This document shows, piece by piece, positions 25,272 to 37,000 of a stretch of DNA of 64,000 nt. Under the pieces are notes generated by a model. The model made no database searches. It worked only from the letters and a program-made list of their open reading frames with translations, and had not been told where the DNA came from. Positions within the stretch are counted from its first letter, which is position 1, and every line of letters begins with the position of its first letter. The translations under genes and the position numbers were made by a program. This DNA comes from Macrostomum lignano (taxonomy: Eukaryota): NCBI GenBank assembly GCA_002269645.1, contig NIVC01001257.1:1-64000 (forward strand), given 5' to 3'.

Positions 25272-25439
25272 TACATAAATAATTACGCTCGTGAACAGAT
25301 AATCTAGGCCTAAAACAGAAGTTGTTACGGGTTATTCTGCTGCAGAAAAAAACGGTAGTCTCTAAAACACAAAACTAAAAACAAAAATAAAAATGTCTGA
25401 GCGTTAATAATTAAATAAGACAATTTTACTCCGACAGGT

Positions 25440-26999
25440 TTACGAAATTTGCTCGCTGCTTTCGGTCGTCTTCACTGTATCCGATGTTTTATACGACTCT
25501 CTCTCGAAGGCTGAATATCGGCTAGTTTTTGAGCTGGAGAAGTCTAGCATCTCTCCGTCCGATCCACTGATGTTATCGGTGCGTGACCCAGTAGCTTCCG
25601 ATACAATGCCCTGTACACCGACAAAAACCGACTCTCTTCGAGGTCCGAATGACGTGTACTCTCTTGTTTCGTTTGTTCTGACGTCGCCAGATGATGCAGA
25701 GAATTGTCGATGAATGAACGAAATATCTGTGCTCAAGTCAGACAAATTTCCTTCAAGTCCTTTGTCAGCTTTATTTGATTTCAACATCATTTTGGATTTT
25801 GGAACTGATTCATTCCAACAGACGGTTTGCTTGGATGGATCGTAAACAAGAATTCAAGCTTCATAATTCCTTCATCGAAATCGCTTTTTTGGTTCCGTTT
25901 CATTAATCAGTGCGATATCGTTACAACAGCCAATCGATAAAATAACTTGCGAAGTTTGGTTACCTTTTTGCCAATGCAGCCAAGCAACGCAATAAATTCT
26001 GTATCGTGCTGGAGAGCATACCGGCCTAAAAACGCTCCAAGACGTAAAGATCAGACACAATTCTGAGAAGTGCTCTCGAACGTACTTAAGAATTATAGAG
26101 CGAAACTCCTTCGACGAAGAATCAGGCTGTTTCAACTCGGTAACCTTGTAGTCGTGAGTCCGAACATACTGCCGAACTTGAGCTTCAAAAACCGCTCCAC
26201 GACACAAAAATGTCAGCGAATTCTGATGTTCTCTCTTTCAGGTAGCGCCGTACTTCAGATTTGAAACCTTGTACTGAAGACTTGTACTCCAGCACTAATG
26301 CGCAGAATTCCGACGATGAGGTGTCCGGCGTCGTTGTCTTGACGGTGAGTTGAGCGGTGAACTTTTCTTCATTCTTTTGCTTAGAGTTCACTCCAAGAAT
26401 TAGTGTAGCGAATTCGCCTTCATGTCTTAGTACACTTGACTACACTTGCCGCACTTGAGAATCGAACCCACTCCATGAGGTAAATATGACACAGAATCTC
26501 GAGTGTACTGCTCTACGTAACGGCGGACTTGTTCGTCGAATCCGTCCCATGAGGTAAAGGGGTCTGAAAATTTAGAAGTTTTGGCCTCTACGTAGCGATG
26601 AACTTGGTCGTTGAACCCACTCCATGACGAAACGAGAGCAGAAAACTCCGACTTGTGTGCTTCAGCGTACTTTAGCACTGCTGCTTGAAATTCCGGAGAG
26701 AATGTGTCGTCGATCTGCTGCTTCTTTGTGGCCATTTGGCTGGAGCTGGTGAAGCTGTACCTTACCGTCGTTTTTGAATCGCTTACGGAAGTATGAAACT
26801 GTCGGCCATGGGTATTGATGCTGTACTGTTCCTCCGTCTGAGTGGTTTCTGGAACATATTGAGTTCGCGTTGACACGGCCGGTCCTGCGACGCTGTGCAT
26901 GATTGACAGAGAAGATTTGTCGTAGAACAGCAGTTGCGGTGCTTTCTGTGATTTTACAGGAGTAGGAAAATTTTCATGATGAGTTTTGTTACTATTCAA
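25440..26999 (-). pseudogene. Large frameshifted coding segment with 25-aa 'SWxGF..QVRRYV' repeats; probable terminal exon of the plakin-like gene
   Basis: Successive ORFs 26427-26999, 26185-26391, 25872-26207 and 25440-25790 carry at least 5 copies of the motif across frame breaks. An acceptor-like gaatag lies at ~26990. Confidence 0.5.
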
Positions 27000-27029
27000 T
27001 AATAACTGCTGCTATATAGCAAATAAAGC

Positions 27030-29348
27030 AAACTTTAAGACGCAGTTGGTTGGCCTTGAAGTTGGACTTGACGTCTTGCAGTCTCCAGTTCTGCATCGAA
27101 CGCTGTAGCTCCTCGAACTTAGACTGGGACTCTTCTTGCAGCTGTCTGCTTGTAAAATGAAGAAATTTTTCTAAAAACTTTTCTTGTTTGACTAATAGCT
27201 CGTATAATGATGTGCGAGTACAAAAGTCTAGCAACAACAACAACAAGGTACAACTCGCACCGACCACAAGTTGTCTCAGAGGTGGGAGGGGTCAGAACTC
27301 ACGCCTAACAAGACAAATTCCAGCAAATCGAAATGTTCCGTCCGACTTACGAAAGCAGTTCGATGCGCACCAGAACTTTCGAAGACTCCTTCGATAAAGC
27401 GGTCCGGCCTTGCAGTTCGGTCTCAGCTTCTGTAGCTTCATTTGAGCAATGACGCCATTCGCTCAGGTGCTCCTGCAGCTTGGCTAGACAGGCCTGTAGA
27501 ATGACTAGTTCTCTCTCCGCCAGTGATGCCTTTGGGCCTTCTGAAATATATAAGATCGTTCATTGGATATTAAAAAATAGAATCCAAGAACTTAAGTTCT
27601 GCTTTTACACGTGCATTTCTGCACTAAAAATTGTATCGCATTAGTTAGCTTATAAAAGCGTGGAATCTTTTAAAGTGGAATTTGTGAATTCTCACCGCAG
27701 ATTGTCATCTTTTCAAGCACTTTTTCGACGGATTTGACAAGGCGATCTGTCAGCTGATCGTCAGCTGATCGTCAGCTGATCGTCAACGCCCAGGAATGTT
27801 TGGCTTGACTGACGCAGCAAATGAAGAAATTCAGCCGCATTGCTTTGGTTTTTCTGGCTACTCCCTGAGAAAGGTAATGAAAAATTTGGAAAGTATTTGA
27901 AAAAGCTGCTATTTCTTTGCTTTCTTACTTTTGTATTAAAACTCATTCCTGTATATAAATACATTTAACTAGACGTTAAAGCTTGGCTACTGTGTGTTTT
28001 TAGATGTATAAGATGATTTGATCAGAAAATTATCAACCAAATGTTCAAAAAAACAATCACCACAGGGCTCTTGAGCATCTGGGTCAAGTAGGAGTCAAAG
28101 AACTCGGCAATCCACTGACGCAGACTGTTCAGAATCTGTGACCAGGTGTTCAAAAGCTTTCGTCTCAAATTTACGCCTGAAAACCGTAACGAGTTTGCTT
28201 CTCAGTTCTTGCATACACAGTTTCTGTTTTTTCAAAGTGCAATACCTGTTTTCTAATTCTCAAAGCATTCTTAAGCTTTAATGCCCTCAAGTCAACGAGT
28301 GAGCAATAAAGAAGCCTTTTTCTACTAGTAATAAGATTTCCACAAACCCGATGGCGAGCTGCACTGCCTCCGGATCGGCCGGCGGCAGCCAGATGCAGGT
28401 GCTGGGCACTTCGATCTCGCTTCCGCCCGAGCGCCTCACCGTCCACGTGTAGGACTGAGAGTTGTCGATGACAGTCACCTGCTCTCCCGGCTCTAGGACC
28501 GTCTGTGGGGGGGGATTGTGGAAGACTTAAGACGCCTCTGTCCTGCAGAGGTTTGAGGAGGCTTTCAGGGTCAAGTTGGTGTAGAATAATTTTAATAGAA
28601 ACGAACAAAGTTCGCTAAAATGTCACTCACAGTGAGCACAGTGTTGATGCTTTTGATGGAGCCCAGAATCCCGTTGGCGGGAATGGCGGCAATGGCGGCG
28701 CCGCTGCTGCTGGCCCGCGGCTGTTCAGCATGGCGTTGAGCTCGTAGGCGCTGTGGTGGAAGGCCTGGTAGTCCGCCGGTTCAGGCCGGCCAGTTGGCTC
28801 ACCCAGCTTCAGGTGCCGTTGACCTCGGCCGACAGCTCCTGGAAATGAGAAATATTAAATTAGCTAGCGTGAGGGACGTCACCTTTGCAGGAAATGCATC
28901 CAACTACTGTTGTTTCATTTGATTGCAACGGCAAAAAGCAAAATTACTTGGATCTGCTCACCTTCTTGGCTTCCAGGACGACTCCGTCGGTCACCCTCGA
29001 CATCTGCAGTGCCTTCTCCATCACTATCTGACCCGTGGACACGAAGGCCGTCTCAAGCGACGTCACCTGCTGAAGGTAAGTCAGCGCCTCCTGGTTCACG
29101 CCAATCTGACTCTCCATTGCCTTCAGCTTGGTGACGGACGCTGCAGCGGACTTGTTGGACTCGTCCAGCCTGCTCTCGAGCACTTGGATCTCCTCCAGCA
29201 GGACCTCCTGCTTGGCTTGTTGAATCAGCAGCGCCTGGTGAGTGCAGCCGATGGCGGCTGACACCACGGCGTTGCGGTTGTCCTGCAGCCACTTCTCAGC
29301 CACAAGCTGATGCGGTGGCATCGCAAACGACATTTCTACCAGCTCCAC
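27030..29348 (-). pseudogene. Plakin-family (spectraplakin/plectin-like) plakin domain with SH3, multi-exon, disabled
   Basis: GT-AG exons: 28962-29348; 28631-28838 (T*SWVSQL..DYQAFHHSAYELNAML, compare plakin TQWSWILQL..YFEFF); 28348-28542 (EQVTVIDNSQSYTWTV..EIEVPSTCIWLPPADPEAVQLA, compare plakin SH3 EAMVPSVCF..PPPNKEAVDLA); ~28061-28176; 27696-27864; ~27350-27540; ~27030-27190. Contains a premature TGA, frameshifts and an 11-bp triplication. Confidence 0.68.
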
Positions 29349-29852
29349 CTGAAGGATGTTTTCGGTATACAATTTCAGTGGGGATCTTATTAAATAATTC
29401 AATATTAAATAACTGTGCTCACCAGCTGGTGCAGTCGGCTGCTAGAATCCAGAAATCCATATTGCAAGTCAGCTATAACCAAAGGAAAGGAAATTACTTT
29501 TCTTGGAAAATTCTGAGAGGCGGGAGGTTCGTATTTTGTCAGCACAATAAAATTGTTATTGCTTTTGACAGGAGGCAGACCCAATGAGAGTTCATCTTTC
29601 GATATTTTTTGCCTTTCTTATAGCTCTATTTGATATTCGTACAGCTTTGTGCTTATAAAATAAGGATTCTATGGTCAACTTCAAAGATTAGAAAAAACAG
29701 TATAAGTAAACTCCCAACCTGGATATAAACTATAAACAGTTTTGCTCTTTTACAAAATGGCGCCACACTCGACCTCAATAGCATTCGAACTCTCGTGTGC
29801 TCACAGAAACCCGGTGCAGATGTGCTGTAATTGAGTCAGGGCGCAGTGAGCT

Positions 29853-29977
29853 GGCGTCAGCGCCCTCCATCCCATGGGAAGCGCCAGCGCCCTCCATCCC
29901 ATGGGAGGCGCCAGCGCCCTCCATCCCATGGGAGGCGCCAGCGCCCTCCGTCCCATGGGAGGCGCCAGCGCCCTCTG
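29853..29977. repeat. Minisatellite, 27-bp unit, ~4.5 copies
   Basis: gcgccagcgccctccatcccatgggag repeated. Confidence 0.9.
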
Positions 29978-30379
29978 ACCTTTTGTTAAGTTCTCCCAAT
30001 GTAAAGAGCTTAGCTTGGAAAATTAGTAATCAGACCCTCACTTTTTAGGACTTCTCTTAATGCAGCGAGCCCTCTCCTTTCGCAGTCTTTGCGCAGAAAA
30101 GACTAATGCTAAAGAACATCTGCAGTCGGCTAGCCAGACAGGCCACAAGTTCGACAAAAAACGATCAATGGATTAAATAACGCTAAATGTTATGTAGCTA
30201 GCTAAATAAAGTCGAGAAAAATAAGTGTTTGCACCTCTCTACCCCAAACCGCCAGCAGAAATAAAAATAGAAATAAAGAAGAAAAAGAAGACAGTATGAG
30301 ACTGTAGGCATAGTATGGCAGGTCATTGTCTGGAGCTGCAACCAGATTGTTATTTAATAACAAATTCTGCACTAAAAAA

Positions 30380-31400
30380 CCTCGCCGAGTGTGTCGCGGC
30401 AATTTCAATTTCTTCGTGGGGTAAAGAGGGTACTGAGAAGTGCAGTTCCATCCAGTCCATTCCAACACCCCTCCAGCGCAGAGGTTAAATTCGGCTTCTT
30501 GGTGTTGAGCAGTCCTTGCAACAATGGCCTGTGGTCGTTAAGGACGAGAACTTCGCTAAGTACGCACGTAGTTCCGGAAGTGCTTCATCACCAAGACTAG
30601 ACTCTGCCAGCCAAATTCAGAACTCTGCCGTCCTAGTGAGGACGGAAAAGTTGGACCCGGGTGAGGACGGAAAAGCTGGTCTCTCATAAATCTTGGTTGT
30701 CTCGAACGTAGCTTGAAATGCATTTACACTTGGAGAAAATGCAACCAAGATTCATGCGGACTTATAGGTCAAAGTAATGGGGGCCATTTCCTTGTGTGGG
30801 CCAGATGGATTGAAGCTCTCAACGCTGGAACGCTGGAAGTACACTCTTGAATGACGACCCTCGCTCTGGGTGGTCCTGTACAGCAGCGACCGAAGGTGAC
30901 TCTGGTTGATGATTAGTGAGACCATCGATATTTCTGATGGAAGTGTTCTCATTATCCTCACGACTATCTGTTGGGTAAGATCACTTCTCCGCGGTGGCTG
31001 TCTCATGAGCAGAAGAAGGGGCGGGTGTTTGCGCAACTTGAATTGCCAAATCCGACAACCAAAGGCTTCCTGACGAATGGTCTTACTACTTTCAAGTTCC
31101 CCTGAAGCTGCAAAACAAGGCCTGGGTCGGTTTTGGAGACGAGAGGTTAACTATCCTACCAACCAGGTTTTCGGTCCGAGAAGATGTTCATCATATTCAT
31201 CAGCTCTTCTAGCCGTCGTCATGATGCCCGGTCAAAATGGTCAAAATGGGGATGCGAGCGAGCTTATTTCGTCCGGATTAGGACGGATCGTATTCGGATT
31301 CACCACGACAATGCATCCAGCCACAGCTGCCATGGCAACCAACTTTCTGGCTGAAAACAAAGTCAAAATTTCGTTCGTCATCCACCATACAGTCCGGACT
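30380..31400 (-). mobile_element. Highly degenerate Ty3/gypsy pol remnant (RT/RNase H)
   Basis: Frame-hopping fragments MKHFRNYV..NDHRPLLQGLLNTKK (RNase H TDHRPL motif, ~30490-30590) and weak RT-like segments upstream. Confidence 0.45.
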
Positions 31401-31409
31401 TGCCCCTGC

Positions 31410-32117
31410 ATAGTAGTAGGTAGAGTAGCAGGTAGGGAGGGTAGCAGGTAGGGAGGTTAGCAGGTAGGGAGGGTAGCAGGTAGGGAGGGTAGCAGGTAGG
31501 GAGGGTAGCAGGTAGGGAGGGTAGCAGGTAGGGAGGGTAGCAGGTAGGGAGGGTAGCAGGTAGGGAGGGTAGCAGGTAGGGAGGGTAGCAGGTAGGGAGG
31601 GTAGCAGGTAGGGAGGGTAGCAGGTAGGGAGGGTAGCAGGTAGGGAGGTTAGCAGGTAGGGAGGGTAGCAGGTAGGGAGGGTAGCAGGTAGGGAGGGTAG
31701 CAGGTAGGGAGGGTAGCAGGTAGGGAGGGTAGCAGGTAGGGAGGGTAGCAGGTAGGGAGGGTAGCAGGTAGGGAGGGTAGCAGGTAGGGAGGGTAGCAGG
31801 TAGGGAGGGTAGCAGGTAGGGAGGTTAGCAGGTAGGGAGGGTAGCAGGTAGGGAGGGTAGCAGGTAGGGAGGGTAGCAGGTAGGGAGGGTAGCAGGTAGG
31901 GAGGGTAGCAGGTAGGGAGGGTAGCAGGTAGGGAGGGTAGCAGGTAGGGAGGTAGCAGGTAGGGAGGGTAGCAGGTAGGGAGGGTAGCAGGTAGGGAGGG
32001 TAGCAGGTAGGGAGGTAGCAGGTAGGGAGGGTAGCAGGTAGGGAGGGTAGCAGGTAGGGAGGGTAGCAGGTAGGGAGGTAGCAGGTAGGGAGGGTAGCAG
32101 GTAGGGGGGGTAGCAGG
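31410..32117. repeat. G-rich minisatellite, 16-bp unit (gtagcaggtagggagg), ~44 copies
   Basis: Direct inspection; the source of spurious PPYLLPSLPATLPTCY ORFs. Confidence 0.95.
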
Positions 32118-32445
32118 TCGCAAAACTTAAAACTAGAGTCAGATGTCAAAGCCACAGGCGCGCAAGTGTCTCAATGTCTTTTGACAAGCATAGGCAAGAA
32201 AAACTGTTAAGTACGAGCCGAACTGGTGCAGACACTGTTACGGTTGTATGCCATTGAGATGAGAGACCTCACCGTGCACTGGGCATAACAGGTAAATAAA
32301 TTGCAATTACAATTAGCCATAATTAGCTCAGCTACAAATAAGCAGCACAGCATGCCGAATTTACAGATTGTAGTTTTATTCGTTAATAAAAAAACAATAC
32401 TCATACAGATAGAATAATATATATTTCAACACATCAACACAGACG

Positions 32446-32867
32446 CCGCAGGCATTCATTTTGGCGCCACAGGCACTCATTTTGGCGCCGCAGGCACTCA
32501 TTTTAGTGCCACAGGCACTCATTTTGGCGCCGCAGGCACTCATTTTAGTGCCAAAGGCACTCATTTTAGCGCCGCAGGCACTCATTTTGGCGCCACAGGC
32601 ACTCATTTTGGCGCCACAGGCACTCATTTTAGCGCCGCAGGCACTCATTTTAGCGCCGCAGGCACTCATTTTGGCGCCGCAGGCACTCATTTAAGCGCCA
32701 AAGGCACTCATTTTGGCGCCGCAGGCACTCATTTTGGCGCCGCAGGCACTCATTTAAGCGCCAAAGGCACTCATTTTGGCGCCGCAGGCACTCATTTTGG
32801 CGCCGCAGGCACTCATTTAAGCGCCAAAGGCACTCATTTTGGCGCCGCAGGCACTCATTTTGGCGCC
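32446..32867. repeat. Minisatellite, 21-bp unit (gcaggcactcattttggcgcc), ~20 copies
   Basis: Direct inspection. Confidence 0.95.
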
Positions 32868-33169
32868 CAGAAGAAAAATTATTGATTGCCACAGCGGCCC
32901 CCCCCAGCCTCGGTGGCGACGAGCACTGACCATCGGCCTGAGCGTCGCTAACGAGAACGGAGTGGCGCCCGCAGACATTTGCTTTCCTGAGAAGCGCCCA
33001 GAAGCAAAAGAGCACGGCAGCCCAAAAGACGGCGTCTGCAAGGTCCCTCGCGTCCACCTGGTTCGCCAGTGAAAGCAAAACCGCTGGGTTGATGGGGGTC
33101 TTTCTGCTTGACTGAATGGCTGCTTGTCCGCTTGGCGCTCTTTACTGTCAAGTCGAAGTTGCGCCAGCT

Positions 33170-33481
33170 TGATAATAATAATAGTAATTTTTTACACCTG
33201 TCCCAATTGGGCCAGATGTGCAACCGACAGCTCAGCCGCAGCTATTGCGCGGCGCATCTGAAGGCTGCGTACGGCTGTCCAGTCCAAGGACTGGGGGGTC
33301 GCCACACACCTTCAATTACCCCAGCTAATGCTGAGTGCCCATTTTACAGCTGGGTGAGCTGAAACAATGCAGAGCTAAGTGTCTTGCTCAAGTACACAAA
33401 TTTTTCCGATTGAGTCGAGAATCGACCCCCCGACCTTCAAGTCGTGAGTCCGACGCTCTGACCACTAGGCTACAACCCGCC
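33170..33481 (-). mobile_element. tRNA-derived SINE with CORE-like central domain
   Basis: Minus strand: head GGCGGGTTGTAGCCTAGTGGTCAGAGCG..GGTCGATTCTC (A/B-box-like), then TGTGTACTTGAGCAAGACACTT..CAGCTGTAAAATGGG (resembles the MIR CORE gtgaccttgggcaagtcactt..ctgtaaaatggg), then a (TAT)n tail near 33170-33185. Confidence 0.75.
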
Positions 33482-34074
33482 TTCGAGGTCTAAGAAGCGC
33501 TGCTACCGCTCGTACTCGTAGTTAGAAGCGTACGTCGCCCTCCTACGCGAAGGAGCGGCCCGAGTAGGCAGGAGGTTCATGCTTAGTTAGAGAGGAAACT
33601 TCAGGAAGCAGAGTTTGCGGTTGCTAACCAGAGCAATGAGAGTGAGGTCTCTGCGCCAGTAAATATCGTCATATTATATATTTAGTTGCGACATGTGTTT
33701 GCTGATACATGTAGTTCAGGGTAGACGCTGTTAGCAGAGCATTGCCCACAACTGTTGTCAATATTAGCTGCAATATTTTTAAGACAGTTCAACAACTAAT
33801 CGGCAGCAGTCTTGAGAATAGCAAGCGATGCAACAAAACGGCTCGCGCCACAACAGCAGCTAGATAATGTTAAAAAGCGATTCAGTCAACACGAACAGAA
33901 ACTATTAGGTTTATAACTTGGGTTAGAATTCCACACTGCGGATAGTTTACTGGCGGCGTCAAACACAGCATAGCAACAGTCGTATAAGTGTCAAAACGGC
34001 CCATTCAAGGCATTCAGCCTCCCAGGATAACACACAACACAAGTCCCACTCCCTCACAGACGCTGTCACTCCTC

Positions 34075-37000
34075 TCAGCAGTCGCCGGTGCCGTCATTTG
34101 GAAAGCAGGCCCAGCCGCTGCTGGCCGGCGGCGGAGGACCAGCCGCAGTTGGAGCTGTCGAGGCCGCCGTGTGCCAGAGCAGCTGCTCGCCCATCAGCAT
34201 CCGAGCTACTGGATCGTCGGCGCTGCCAACAGAGGCCGGCGGCACAGCGGGGGCCGCGATCGAAGCTGCATTATCAGCTGACGACGCAAAGTCGCCGCCA
34301 AAGCCGATGCCGACGCCGCCGCCCCAGAGATTTCGATTGGAGACGGTGGACTCAGACCAGGAGATGTCCAATGTGCTGCTGAGTCCGTCGGAACACCACG
34401 GCAGCTGCACCGGCTGCTGCTCCTGCTGCAAAAGAAGCGTCTGCTGCTGCTGCTGCTGTTGCTGCTGCAGACGCTCCCGTTTCAACTGTTCGTAATTGAG
34501 CAGCGACTCCTGCTTCTCCTGAGCTACCTGGGACAGCTCGCCCCTGGCCATAGCGGCCTGCGACAGCGGCGGCAACAGCAGAGGAGCCGCTGGCTGCGCC
34601 GGGAGGCCCCACGGACCGGCGGGCACCGCGGCGTCTAGAGACCAGGCCGAGTCAGGCGGCGGCGGAGGCGGAGGCGGCGGCGGCGGCGGTGGCGGAGGCT
34701 GTGCCTGCTGCACTGGCTGGGTGTCCCACAATGGGCTGCCTTTTTGCGGCGTCAACGAGAACCGAGCGGTGCGCCTGGCAATTTCATCCAGATCTTCTGC
34801 AATAAGAAGCGGTTTCCGTGCTTGGTTATAATGCTAGTCGCTTAGTACAAGTGCTCGGTTGCAGTATAATCATTAAAATAGACACTTAATCAATAGTAAA
34901 TATAGAATTTTCCCATTAGTTTTAACAGAAAAGGTCGCGTATCGTTTTTATACCACCCAGGACCAAGAACGGACAAACGGAATAACAGTAACGAAACAAA
35001 TCACGGGCTACCAAAATTCTGCTAACATTTTACTAGCCTTGAAATTCTTGATTCGTAATTGTAAAGTCCAGGAGTCGGTAAACACCGGCTCGCAAAGCCT
35101 CTCTATCCAGCCCTCGGGTCCTTTGAGACTTCACAATAGCAACCCGACCTGATCAAGGTTTGTGTCTCCTGCCCCCTCCTCTTCTCTCCTCTCCTGTCCC
35201 CTCCTCTCCTCTCCTGTCCCCTCCTCTCCTCTCCTGTCCCCTCCTCTTCTCTCCTCTCCTGTCCCCTCCTCTCCTCTCCTGTCCCCTCCTCTTCTCTCCT
35301 CTCCTGTCCCCTCCTCTCCTCTCCTGTCCCCTCCTCTTCTCTCCTCTTCCTTCTCTCCTCTCCTCTCCCTTCTCTCCTCTCCTCTCCCTTCTCTCCTCTC
35401 CTGTCCCCTCCTCTCCTCTCCTGTCCCCTCCTCTCCTCTCCTCTTCCTTCTCTCCTCTCCTCTCCCTTCTCTCCTCTCCTGTCCCCTCTTCTCCTCTCCT
35501 CTTCCTTCTCTCCTCTCCTCTCCTCTCTCTTCTCTCCTCTCCTGTCCCGTCCTCTCCTCTCCTGTCCCCTCCTCTCCTCTCCTCTCCTGTCCCCTCCTCT
35601 TCTCTCCTCTTCCTTCTCTCCTCTCCTCTCCTGTCCCCTCCTCTCCTCTCCTGTCCTCTCCTCTCCCTTCTCTCCTCTCCTGTCCCCTCCTCTTCTCTCC
35701 TCTCCCCTCCTCTCCTCTCCCCTCCTCTCCTCTCCTCTCCCTTCTCTCCTCTCCTGTCCCCTCCTCTCCTCTCCTGTCCCCTCCTCTCCCCTCCTCTCCT
35801 CTCCCTCCTCTCCTCTCCTGTCCCCTCCTCTCCTCTCCTCTCCTCTCCTCTCCTCTCCTCTCGTCCGTTTCGTCTCCTCTCTCCTTTTTCATCTCTCTCC
35901 TCCTCTCTTCTTTATCCCCTCTCTTCTCTCCTCTCTTCTGGCCCGCAGTCATGCGCTAGTTCACCGAACCCTTTGATAAACAGTAAGAACTGGAGAAGAA
36001 CAGTAAGAAAATAATATAAAACGCACATTAGGTACTGTAAGTAGTTACGCTCAGAAAATTTTAAACACTTTTTAAAAGCGAAAAATATATCTTAATTTTA
36101 ATTAGACTATAAATAGGCACGCACAATAGCGTCTTAATTAATGAACTTGCCAGTCATCAAACCTTTGTCAAGCATAAATTTGTATTTGTCCAATAAGCAC
36201 GAATACCTTTGTGAGTCCAATCAAATGGAACGTCCCATTCGACTGGGCTTTCATTCTCCGCTTCAGCATCATCATACCAGTAGTCGAGAATTTCTAAACG
36301 AAAAAAATCAATACCAGACGAGGAAGGATTTAAAACAAATATAAATAAAGGAAAAAAATCATTTATTCTCTAGATAGAATACGGAAGCAAACATCAATTT
36401 GCGCTGCCCTGAATTACCTTTCTTAGGCTTCTGATGCGTCATCGGCTTCACGATGGACGTCTTGGGCTGCTTGAGAACCTGAGCAGGCTGCAGCGGAGCC
36501 GCTTTAGGCTGCGCCGGCACCGACAGTATCGGCTGCAGGTCGCTCTGTCGTACATCAGAGTTAGGCGTGTTGGTGGCACTAGAATTGCGGGTGGTGATAT
36601 TTTGCAATTTATTAACGTTATTTTCTATACATATCGGCAATGATTAAATATATTGAAAATGAGTAAAAAATATGCGGCTAGATAGTACGATTAAGTTAAA
36701 CAAAAATATTTAGCTTTAACAAGAAATTATACAGAAAATGTTTAATAAAGTTTCATTATTTTTGGGAAAAAAATTTCGTGCGCCGACCGGGATTCGAACC
36801 CGGGTCGCAAGCGTGGGAGGCTTACATGCTACCACTACACCATCGGCGCTGGCGTAGAATCCAAGTCGGAGCGCTTTTTATTCCTATAATTTCTTTCCTA
36901 GAAAGATGCACGTCGAGGGTTGAAGTGAACGAATTAGTCGATAATGATGATTAAGCTTTGAACTTACGTGGTTCGACTCTTAACACGACCGCCACCAGCG

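Noticed and set aside
28962-29348. HAUS5/augmin-like coiled coil
   Set aside because: The resemblance is generic coiled-coil; adjacent exons show specific plakin SH3 and WSW motifs.
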